From the NCBI GenBank assembly GCA_963741955.1, contig CAVUKB010000007.1, forward strand, positions 352,001 to 416,000: a stretch of 64,000 nucleotides of DNA. Reading direction: 5' to 3'. The DNA comes from an uncultured Acidobacteriota bacterium. Its GTDB lineage: Bacteria; Acidobacteriota; Thermoanaerobaculia; Gp7-AA8. Position 1 is the stretch's first letter; each line of letters begins with the position of its first letter. The notes beneath the pieces were generated by a model. The model did not search any database. It was not told where the DNA came from and was given only the letters and a program-made list of their open reading frames with translations. This document shows positions 39,019 through 47,197 of the stretch, in pieces. The position numbers and the translations under genes were made by a program.

Positions 39019-40272
39019 TCAGCCTAGACGCGCCTCGGCGCAAGCAGTGTTGTACCAGGCGAATGGCGCGTCGCCATGGATCCTCAGTGCGATCTCGAGC
39101 ACCAGGAGCGCGTGGTCGTACCGTTTTGCGGCGAGGAAGTCGCGTGTGAGGTAGAACGCGCACTGCACGAAGATCTCTTCGAGTGCCCGCGTCGCGCTCG
39201 ATCCGGCATAATCGTCGCGTCGTGCGAGCTCCGAGAGTCGGTCCAGATCGAGCATCCGCATGGCCGACCCGGGAGTGACGGCTTCATGTCCGCGCACGTC
39301 CGCCACGAAGCGGACGAGACGCTGCTGCTCGTCGCGCTCGAACCGGTCCCAGTCACGCTCTTCTTTCCTGTCGGCGGCAACGCGTGGATCCTGTTCCAGA
39401 CCTTCCATGCGAGTCTTCGCCTCACGGACGTCGCAGAGGCCCTCGTACGTGCCGACGATGGCGCGGAAATGGCGCCACGTGTCGATTGCGCGTTCGCCGT
39501 CGGAAGCTTCGCGGGCGGCCATCAGCTCAGCGACGTACGAACGGGCGATCATCGCCTCGTTGCGTGGTGCCGAGCCTCGACGCATCGCCTGCAGCTCCAT
39601 CCACGCGACTGCTTCGGTGGCGAGATCCTGCGGCATCCAGCTGTGACGGCCGGCGAATACCTCCAGACGATGCGGGATTCCCCTCCGCTCGAGCAGATCG
39701 TCCATCGCCCGCATCTCGAGAAAGTTGAAGTCCGCATCGCCGGTGGTACCGAACATGGGGCAGTTGAAGACCTCCGGAGCCAGTCCCTCCGCGATCCGTC
39801 CGCACGCGGCAATCACCCCCGCGAGTTGTCCGGTCGCTCCGGCGACTCCCCACGCCACAGCCACGCCTCCGGAAAAGCCGGCGGCGTAGATCCGTTGCGG
39901 GTCGGAGCGGAAGCGGGTGTGAACTTCCGGCCAGAGTGCGTTCACCGCCCTCTGGTTCGGTTCCCATGGTCCGTCGCTGCGTGTGTCGTTCGAGCTCACG
40001 ACGATCCAGCCGAAGCGTTCGGCGGCGGGGCGGAAAAGCTCCGCGCCGAGGGTTCCCCTCCCGCGCGGATCGAAGACGAGAAGCACCGGCCATTGGCGGG
40101 AAGCGTCGTAAGCCGATGGCAGATAGAGCGTGTAGCTCTGAGTGGGGTCGGAGCTGCAGTGGAATCCTTCGATGAGCGAGCCGGGAATCAAAGGAGGCGC
40201 TGTTCCGCCCCGCGCTCCCGCTGCGGCGAGGAGCGCGAGGAACGAGAGAATCGCGAGCATCTTTGCCTGCAT
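39019..40272 (-). pseudogene. Secreted alpha/beta-hydrolase (esterase-like) with C-terminal TPR, truncated by the IS
   Basis: Signal peptide, YTLYLP..Y, nucleophile GFSGG, G..DFN and GRHSW. The stop codon is supplied by the IS end; the intact protein would be 469 aa. Confidence 0.85.
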
Positions 40273-40440
40273 CGATCGAGTATAGAAGGATCCACCGGCC
40301 CGGAATGGCGGGGGAGAAAACGTTTGCGCGAGCGTTGCAGCGCGGAAGGGCCGATGCGGACTCGACCGAACGAATCCGGTCCGGTTCCGCCGGCCCGCGT
40401 TGTGGCGTCGCCAGCTTCGAAGGAATAGGATTGTCTCTTC

Positions 40441-40821
40441 ATGCGAAGAGTTCGGAAACTCCTCCTTGTCGAGGACGACGTCGATGTGGCGGCCGGGCTG
40501 TCGGAGCTCCTCTCTTCCGAAGGGTTCGACGTGGCGGTCGCGGAACGGGGCGGAGAAGCGGAGGACCTGGTGGAGCGGTTCGAACCTGACCTCGTGGTGC
40601 TCGATCTTCGTCTGCCGGACCTCGACGGCAATGAGGTCCGCCGCAGACTCCGCTCGCGCTGGCCGCAGCTTCCGATCGTGTTGTCGAGCGGAAACGCAGA
40701 CGTGCAGCGCCTCGAAGAGACGATCGACCCGAGGGTGACGGCCTTTCTGGCCAAACCGTACGATCTCGACACTCTTCTCGCGGTGATCGAGCGGCTCTGC
40801 GGTGAAGAGGATCGAACGTGA
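40441..40821 (+). CDS. Single-domain response regulator (receiver)
   Basis: LLVEDD, PDLVVLDLRLPDLDG, LSSG and FLAKPY. Confidence 0.92.
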   Translation: MRRVRKLLLVEDDVDVAAGLSELLSSEGFDVAVAERGGEAEDLVERFEPDLVVLDLRLPDLDGNEVRRRLRSRWPQLPIVLSSGNADVQRLEETIDPRVTAFLAKPYDLDTLLAVIERLCGEEDRT

Positions 40822-42008
40822 AGAGAGACCGAAGAGAGTTGCTCCTGCTCGGCGTGTCTCTCTTCCTCGCGGCGATCTCGGCGGTACAGACGGAGGGCGC
40901 AGTGAAAGCCAACGAACGCCCGAGACTGAGAGATCTCGGCGTGACGGTCGGTGTTCTCCCGACCGGACCTCTCAATGCCATCACGGATGTCGGCGGCATT
41001 CGAGTCGGCCAGGTGACCCTCATCCGCGGCGAGAACATACGCACCGGGGTCACCGCGATTCTCCCGCACGACGGGAATCTCTTCCGAGAGAAAGTTCCCG
41101 GAGCGATCTTCGTCGGAAACGGATTCGGCAAGCTGATGGGATCCACTCAGGTTCGGGAACTGGGCGAGATCGAGACGCCCATCCTTCTCACCTCCACTCT
41201 CGACGTGCCGAAGGTCGCCGACGCTCTGATCGATTACATGCTCGCACTTCCCGGGAACGAAGACGTCCGTTCGATCAACCCGGTGGTGGGGGAGACGAAC
41301 GACGGCCGCCTGAACGAGATCCGCTCGCGTCCGGTCGGGAAAGAAGAAGTCTTCGCTGCGATCCGGAACGCGCGCGGCGGCGCGATCGAAGAAGGATCGG
41401 TCGGTGCCGGTACCGGGACCATCGCGTTCGGCTTCAAGGGAGGAATCGGCACGGCGTCGAGACGTCTTCCGGAGTCGATGGGCGGCTACACCGTGGGCGT
41501 TCTCGTACAGACCAACTTCGGCGGTGTGCTGTCGATCGCGGGCGTGCCGGTCGGGAAGGAGCTCGGCCGTTACGAGTTGCGCGAAGAGCTCGATCGAGCT
41601 GGGGCGGGTGCCGATCGCGCGGACGGCTCATGCATGATCGTGATCGCAACGGACGCGCCGCTCGACGCACGGAATCTCGAGCGGATGGCGGCCCGCGGGA
41701 TCATGGGACTCGCGCGCACCGGCGCAGGCGGATCGAACGGGAGCGGCGACTACGCCATCGCCTTCTCGACTTCGCCGGATGTGCGTATCCGGGTCGGTGA
41801 GGGAGCGGTCCGCCACGTGAAGCTGGTGGCGAACGATGCGATGTCGCCGCTCTTTCTCGCGGCGATCGAAGCGACCGAAGAAGCGATCGACAACTCGCTT
41901 CTCCGAGCGACGACCATCACGGGCAATGGGATTACTGTCGACGCGCTGCCGATCGACGAGACCGTCGAGATCCTGCGGAGGTACGGTCGCATTCCCGCGA
42001 AGCGTTGA
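40818..42008 (+). CDS. dmpA: DmpA-family (P1/S58) aminopeptidase
   Basis: GPLNAITDV, TGVTAILP, NGFGKL.G, PVVGETNDG, FKGGIGTASR and autocleavage motif NGSGD; GTGA overlap with the receiver gene. Confidence 0.92.
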   Translation: MKRDRRELLLLGVSLFLAAISAVQTEGAVKANERPRLRDLGVTVGVLPTGPLNAITDVGGIRVGQVTLIRGENIRTGVTAILPHDGNLFREKVPGAIFVGNGFGKLMGSTQVRELGEIETPILLTSTLDVPKVADALIDYMLALPGNEDVRSINPVVGETNDGRLNEIRSRPVGKEEVFAAIRNARGGAIEEGSVGAGTGTIAFGFKGGIGTASRRLPESMGGYTVGVLVQTNFGGVLSIAGVPVGKELGRYELREELDRAGAGADRADGSCMIVIATDAPLDARNLERMAARGIMGLARTGAGGSNGSGDYAIAFSTSPDVRIRVGEGAVRHVKLVANDAMSPLFLAAIEATEEAIDNSLLRATTITGNGITVDALPIDETVEILRRYGRIPAKR

Positions 42009-42020
42009 AGAAACGCGCCG

Positions 42021-42203
42021 CTATTCCCGCGGCGCCTTCTCCACGTTCGGCACGCTTCTGCGCTCTTCCGGTCGTGCCGGCCGTTCCTCGCGCGACTCCT
42101 CTTCCCGTTCGACGAAGTCGCGCTCCACGTCTGCATCCGAGCGGATCCGGTGATCGCGCTTCTTTTCATGATCGGCAATCGATTTGTTCGTGCTGTCCGA
42201 CAT
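42021..42203 (-). CDS. Small highly charged hypothetical protein (60 aa)
   Basis: GGAGGGAGGAG RBS before ATG 42203; fills an otherwise empty gap. Confidence 0.6.
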   Translation of the reverse strand: MSDSTNKSIADHEKKRDHRIRSDADVERDFVEREEESREERPARPEERRSVPNVEKAPRE

Positions 42204-42230
42204 GTTCAACTCCTCCCTCCACCGAGTACA

Positions 42231-42279
42231 GCAAGACTCCGGCCGGATCCGCGCGCCCGGGGCGCGGAACGCTTCTTGC
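42231..42279. promoter_or_regulatory. Back-to-back sigma54-like (-24/-12) promoters
   Basis: Minus strand CGGCCGGAGTCTTGC (42245-42231) and plus strand CGGAACGCTTCTTGC (42265-42279). Both fit GG-N10-GC with TTGC and lie 27-28 nt before their ATG. Confidence 0.55.
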
Positions 42280-42307
42280 GGAAGAAAGAAGGGGAAGGAG
42301 GAAGTCG

Positions 42308-42541
42308 ATGGCCAAAAACCGGGACAACATGGGTGGTCCGACCGAGAATCAGAGAACGGAAGAGCATCAGAAGGGAGAAGAACGGAGCCGCGGGCACGGC
42401 GAAGGCGGCCTGACCATTCCGGACGACGTCGCCCGTACCCACAAGGCCGAGAGTTCCGGAAAGCTCTTCGAGTCGCAGCACACGGCGAAGAAAGAAGACC
42501 TCAAACGGAAACACGAGGTGAGGAAGAACGATGAAGAATGA
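42308..42541 (+). CDS. Small hydrophilin-like hypothetical protein (77 aa)
   Basis: AAGGAGG RBS; MAKNRDNMGGPTEN..., rich in E/K/G/H. Confidence 0.65.
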   Translation: MAKNRDNMGGPTENQRTEEHQKGEERSRGHGEGGLTIPDDVARTHKAESSGKLFESQHTAKKEDLKRKHEVRKNDEE

Positions 42542-42719
42542 CGACGATCAGAATCTCCGGCCGAGGAGTCAGATCCAGCGAATCGCCTCGGGTGACAATC
42601 GGATGAAGCAGTACTTCAAACGCTCCCAACCGCAGGGACAGAAGCCGCCGGATTCGGACGAGGCGATCCGTCTGACCACGATTCCGAGCACGGCCGGCGA
42701 CAAACACGGCCGCAGATAG
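42531..42719 (+). CDS. Small hydrophilic hypothetical protein (62 aa)
   Basis: GAGG RBS inside the end of the previous ORF; 11-nt overlap. Confidence 0.5.
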   Translation: MKNDDDQNLRPRSQIQRIASGDNRMKQYFKRSQPQGQKPPDSDEAIRLTTIPSTAGDKHGRR

Positions 42720-42821
42720 TGCACTCTTCTGCACTCTCCTTCCTTCGCTGAGAGGGCTCGGGATTCGAGCTCGAGGAGTGAGGGGCCCCGCGTCGATCCG
42801 TCCGCGCATTACAATCGCGGG

Positions 42822-44990
42822 GTGCCTCAGCTATCGGCGATCGTCGACCGGATCACTTTTCACAACCCGGAGAACGGGTTCGCCGTTCTGCAGGTGAGCG
42901 TCCTCCCATCGCGCCGGCATGCGACGGTGGTTGCGCGTACGCCTTCGATCCACGTCGGCGAGAACATCGAAGTCTCCGGCGAGTGGAAGGTCGACCCCGT
43001 CCATGGGAAGCAGTTCGACGCGCAGGAGATCCGCGTCTCGCTCCCTCGTGATCCCGACGCGATCGAGAAGTACCTCGGAAGCGGCATGATCAACGGCATC
43101 GGTCCGGCGTTTGCGCACAAGCTGATCCGAAAATTCGGCGCGGACGTGATCGACGTGATCGAGAAGACGCCCGAGAAATTGAAGAAGATTCCCGGCATCG
43201 GTCCGGGGCGCCTCAGAAAGATCACCGAGAGCTGGAGCCGCCAGCGCGCCGTGCGTGACGTGATGGTGTTTCTCCACGCCCACGGCATCGGGCCGGCTCG
43301 TGCGGCCCGGATCTATCGCACCTACGGCGATGAAGCGGTACGCACCATTCGAGAGAATCCGTACCGCCTCGCCGACGACGTCCGCGGAATCGGGTTTCTG
43401 ACCGCGGACGCGATCGCGTTCACTCTCGGGTTTCAGCCCGATTCGGAGGAGCGTGGTCGCGCGGGCGTCCGGTACCTTCTCAGCGAAGCGATGAGCGAGG
43501 GACATTGTGCTCTTCCGCGGGAGGAGCTCCTTCGCCGAGCCGAGGAGCAGCTGAAGATTCCATTGCCCATCGCGGAGAGTGCGCTCGCGACCGAAGTCGC
43601 GGCAGGGACACTGGTGATCGATCGGATCGGCTCGCGGGAGGCGGTATTTCTCACCGCGATGCGTGCGGCCGAACAGAGGATCGCGGCGAACCTTCGCCGG
43701 CTGCTGAACGGCGACGCGCCGTGGCCGTCGATCGATCCCGGCGCGGCGATACCGTGGGTGGAAAAGAAAATCGGGCTCGAGCTCGCCCACTCGCAGCGCG
43801 AGGCGGTGGGTCTCTTTCTCCGCTCGAAGGTGATGGTGCTCACGGGAGGGCCCGGAGTCGGGAAGACGACGATCGTCAACGCGATCCTTTCGATTCTCGG
43901 TACCAAGGGAATCGACGTCGCGCTCGGCGCACCGACCGGACGGGCGGCGAAGCGCCTCGGCGAGAGTACCGGGCGGACGGCGAAGACGCTCCACCGGTTG
44001 CTCGAAGTCGATCCGGTAGAAGGGCGATTCAACCGCGACGAATCGCACCCGCTGGACGCTGATCTCGTGGTCGTCGACGAGAGCTCGATGATCGACGTGC
44101 CACTGATGGATGCCCTGCTTCGTGCGATCCGCTCTCACGCTGCCCTACTTCTGGTCGGGGACGTCGACCAGCTCCCCTCCGTCGGACCGGGTCAGGTCTT
44201 GAGCGACGTGATCGGATCCGGAGTGGTCCCGGTGATTCGGTTGCGCGAGATCTTCCGCCAGGCGGCCGAGAGCCGGATCATCGTCAACGCCCACCTGGTG
44301 AACGAAGGAGTGGTTCCGGATCTCGCGAATACCAGGGAAGACGGTACGCTCTCGGATTTCTTCTTCGTGAAGGCGAGCGACCCCGAACACGCCGCGCGGA
44401 TGGTGGTCCGCGTCGTGGCGGAGCGAATCCCGGAGCGGTTCGGATTTCAGCCGCGTCGCGACGTCCAGGTTCTCAGCCCGATGCGCAAGGGATCCGTTGG
44501 TGTCCTCGCTCTCAATCAGCAGCTCCAGGCGGCGCTGAATCCGGAAGGGGCGAATGTCGGCGTCGTGGAACGCTATGGGAACCGCTTCACGGTTGGTGAC
44601 AAGGTGATGCAGCTCGTCAACGACTACGAACGCGATGTCTTCAACGGAGACACCGGCCTGGTGGAGACGGTCGATCCCGCCGCAGGACGGATGGACGTCC
44701 GCTTCGACGGACGACGGGTCGAATACCCGTTCGATGCTCTCGACGCATTGGCGCTCTCCTACGCCACGACGATCCACAAGTCGCAGGGGTCCGAATATCC
44801 GGCGGTGGTGGTGCCGATCCTGACGCAGCACTACACCATGCTGCAGCGGAATCTCCTCTACACCGCGATGACGCGGGGACGAAAGCTCGTGGTGCTGGTC
44901 GGACAGCGGAAAGCGATCGAGATCGCAGTTCACAACGACCGGAGCGCCCGCCGCTGGTCGAAGCTGCGCGAATGGCTTTGCGGTCAGTGA
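42822..44990 (+). CDS. recD2: ATP-dependent RecD-like DNA helicase
   Basis: N-terminal OB/HhH region (GIGP repeats, ENPYRL), Walker A GGPGVGKT, VDESSM, GDVDQLPSVGPG and TIHKSQGSE. Confidence 0.95.
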   Translation: MPQLSAIVDRITFHNPENGFAVLQVSVLPSRRHATVVARTPSIHVGENIEVSGEWKVDPVHGKQFDAQEIRVSLPRDPDAIEKYLGSGMINGIGPAFAHKLIRKFGADVIDVIEKTPEKLKKIPGIGPGRLRKITESWSRQRAVRDVMVFLHAHGIGPARAARIYRTYGDEAVRTIRENPYRLADDVRGIGFLTADAIAFTLGFQPDSEERGRAGVRYLLSEAMSEGHCALPREELLRRAEEQLKIPLPIAESALATEVAAGTLVIDRIGSREAVFLTAMRAAEQRIAANLRRLLNGDAPWPSIDPGAAIPWVEKKIGLELAHSQREAVGLFLRSKVMVLTGGPGVGKTTIVNAILSILGTKGIDVALGAPTGRAAKRLGESTGRTAKTLHRLLEVDPVEGRFNRDESHPLDADLVVVDESSMIDVPLMDALLRAIRSHAALLLVGDVDQLPSVGPGQVLSDVIGSGVVPVIRLREIFRQAAESRIIVNAHLVNEGVVPDLANTREDGTLSDFFFVKASDPEHAARMVVRVVAERIPERFGFQPRRDVQVLSPMRKGSVGVLALNQQLQAALNPEGANVGVVERYGNRFTVGDKVMQLVNDYERDVFNGDTGLVETVDPAAGRMDVRFDGRRVEYPFDALDALALSYATTIHKSQGSEYPAVVVPILTQHYTMLQRNLLYTAMTRGRKLVVLVGQRKAIEIAVHNDRSARRWSKLREWLCGQ

Positions 44991-45060
44991 ACCGCGCGCT
45001 GGGGTAGAACAACGTACCGCCATCGCGCGGCGTCCGCGCTTACCTCGCTTACCGCGCCAT

Positions 45061-45124
45061 GGAATGCGAATTCGAATTTCGCCGCGGCGATCGCGGCCCA
45101 CGCGGACTCGCAAGCCCGCACTCC
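45061..45124. repeat. Degenerate inverted pair of GGAG-type REP-like palindromes
   Basis: GGAATGCGAATTCGAATTTCGC (45061-45082,+) and GGAGTGCGGGCTTGCGAGTCCGC (45124-45102,-). Confidence 0.55.
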
Positions 45125-45186
45125 GCTGATTCTCTGCTAATCTTCACGCCCGAAAGTTCGCCCCCTGGCGATATGGAGACCTGCCG

Positions 45187-45702
45187 ATGAACGACCGACC
45201 CGACTGGACCGCTCGACGAATTTTTGCGGAGCTCTGCGATCCCGAGACACGGACGCAGATGCTCACGTACTTCTGGAAGCACGCCGAGGATCATGTGAGG
45301 ATTCGCACCATCATGACCCTCGCGAAGGCGCTCCATTTCCGTGAGGAGACGATCCGGAAAGCCCCCGCGGAGAAGAAGGCCGCCTGGCTCGCGACGCGGA
45401 TGAGCTCTCCGGAGTTCGAGGACGCTCTCGAAATGGGTCTGATGATTTACCTCACGCGCGAGAAGAAAGAGATGCTCGGCGCGTTCCTCGACTTCTGGGG
45501 AATCCCGCACGAGGAAGGAGCCATCGAAGTGGACGAATACGAGGCTCCGACGGAAGAGAAGGTCGAGTCCGCGGTCGAACAGCTCGCTCCGCGCTTTCCA
45601 CGACAGGAGATGACGATCTATCTCGCGGCGGCGGGGCTTCTGATGGGTCAGGAGTGGAGAGACTCTGCGTGGCCGGTGGTGAACCGGCTGGTCAGCTCCT
45701 GA
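45187..45702 (+). CDS. Hypothetical protein
   Basis: 171 aa with protein-like composition (MLGAFLDFWGIPHEEG); GGAG RBS. Confidence 0.8.
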   Translation: MNDRPDWTARRIFAELCDPETRTQMLTYFWKHAEDHVRIRTIMTLAKALHFREETIRKAPAEKKAAWLATRMSSPEFEDALEMGLMIYLTREKKEMLGAFLDFWGIPHEEGAIEVDEYEAPTEEKVESAVEQLAPRFPRQEMTIYLAAAGLLMGQEWRDSAWPVVNRLVSS

Positions 45703-45810
45703 AGAGATCTGTTCGCGGCGGGCGCCAGGGAGGTTTCCCCTGACGCCACATCCGCTGAGGGGAGCGATGGCGCGGGCATTCTGCCCGGGCCGCCGTTCCC
45801 GGAGGATCGG

Positions 45811-46203
45811 TCAGACGCCGGTCCGGGTCTCACCTGCGGTCGCACCGCTGGCGAGAGCGCTCCATCCGCCGAGGATGATGATCGCGATTCCGGTCAGCAC
45901 GTTGTTCCACATCGCCTCGGGTGCGATGGAGAAGCCGAGGAACCATGGTGAGACCAGAATCCAGAGTCCGATCAGAGCATTGAGCCAGCTGATCCAGGAA
46001 GCGCGGTAAGCGCCGAAGAACCGGATCGCGGCGAGCACCGCCACGACGATTCCGAATACCACGTCATTGGTGACGGCATTCGGGAGTCCGCGGAACGTGA
46101 TCACGAAGGGACTGATCAGGAGCCAGATCCCGGCAAGAACATCGAGCCCGCTCGCGGTCATGACTTGAGCGCGCCGCTCGGTGTAAGTCGTTGTTTCTGC
46201 CAT
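45811..46203 (-). CDS. SPW-repeat membrane protein
   Basis: Two repeats, G.WLLISPF and G.WILVSPW.LGF; AAGGAGG RBS. Confidence 0.88.
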   Translation of the reverse strand: MAETTTYTERRAQVMTASGLDVLAGIWLLISPFVITFRGLPNAVTNDVVFGIVVAVLAAIRFFGAYRASWISWLNALIGLWILVSPWFLGFSIAPEAMWNNVLTGIAIIILGGWSALASGATAGETRTGV

Positions 46204-46359
46204 TTTTCTTTCCTCCTTTCCCGCTGCGCGGGCCGGCGGGGCGCACCTCGCTCACGCAGTGAACTGCACCCGAAATTGTGCAAGTGGCGTGCGCGGGAAG
46301 GACCGGCGGAGGAGTCCGTCGCGTCACGGATCAGACTGCCGGTGTGGAGCGGATGGAGT

Positions 46360-47091
46360 TCACGGATGAGGAGAGACTGCCCCGGCGGGCTCGAGCCCCG
46401 AGAGGCTCTCGATGGGGAGATCGAGGATGTCGAACTGAGGCCATCCGCGGAAATCGAAGTGCCACCATTCGGTCGGAAGCTGCGTGAAACCGTGTCGCTT
46501 CATCACATCTTCGAGCAGGGCCCGGTTCCGGAGGGCATCCTCGGGGAGATTCTGGTAGTCGCTGTGTGCCCGCTCGGTGAAGTCGTCGTAGGGGCTCGGC
46601 ATCACCAGCTCGTTTCCCGTAGCGAGATCGATCAGCGAGACGTCGACCGCCGCTCCGCGGTTGTGTCTGGAGCCTTCCTTCGGATCCGCGACGTAGCGCG
46701 AATCGTGAATCTCGTCCCACATTCTCACCGTGATGCGGTACGGACGATATCCGTCGAATACTTTCAGCCCGAGACCCTTTTGCGCGAGCTCCCGTTCGAC
46801 GTCTGCGAGTGCGGCGGCTGCAGGACGCCGCAGCCAGACCTGGGCGACGGGATAGAGGACGTGTTTCATGAAGTTGTGTGGCGTCGCGTATCGGACGTCG
46901 AGCTTGATTCCTGGAATGGCAGTTTCGAGGTTGACCAGTCTGCGATCGGGTTCACGTTCGGCCAGGAGCTCGTAACTTCCGGGATCCCGCACGACCCGGA
47001 GCCCATAGGGATTCAGGGGGATCGGAATCGCGCAGGCGGCCGCGAGTGCGACGGCGAAGAGTGGTGCGATCCGGCGCAGAATTCGGCTCAT
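46360..47091 (-). CDS. ddpX: D-alanyl-D-alanine dipeptidase (M15D, VanX/DdpX family) lipoprotein
   Basis: Lipobox LAAAC, RYAT.HNF, FDGYRP, SRHNRGAAVD and EWWHFD. Confidence 0.9.
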   Translation of the reverse strand: MSRILRRIAPLFAVALAAACAIPIPLNPYGLRVVRDPGSYELLAEREPDRRLVNLETAIPGIKLDVRYATPHNFMKHVLYPVAQVWLRRPAAAALADVERELAQKGLGLKVFDGYRPYRITVRMWDEIHDSRYVADPKEGSRHNRGAAVDVSLIDLATGNELVMPSPYDDFTERAHSDYQNLPEDALRNRALLEDVMKRHGFTQLPTEWWHFDFRGWPQFDILDLPIESLSGLEPAGAVSPHP

Positions 47092-47197
47092 GTTCCGATC
47101 TTAAGCCTGAAGGCCGATCCGTGCACGTTCGGAAGCTCCCCTACCTAAGGACAGTTGTTGCGCCTGCTCGGCTCACGTATCCTTCACCCGGACATCC

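Larger units (their letters stand above)
37103..39022 (+). mobile_element. Complete IS1634-family insertion sequence, 1920 bp
   Basis: TIRs CTGAAGTTCCCGGGGG (37103-37118) and CCCCAGGGAACTTCAG (39007-39022) are 15/16 complementary; TSD CCTAGA at 37097-37102 and 39023-39028. Confidence 0.95.

Noticed and set aside
46279-46294. Sigma54-like box GCGCACGCCACTTGCA (minus) upstream of the SPW gene
   Set aside because: The -12 half is good but the invariant -24 GG reads CG; too weak to call.
46360-47091. vanX as a glycopeptide-resistance determinant
   Set aside because: No vanH/vanA/vanRS nearby and the protein is a lipoprotein, consistent with a housekeeping DdpX-type enzyme.
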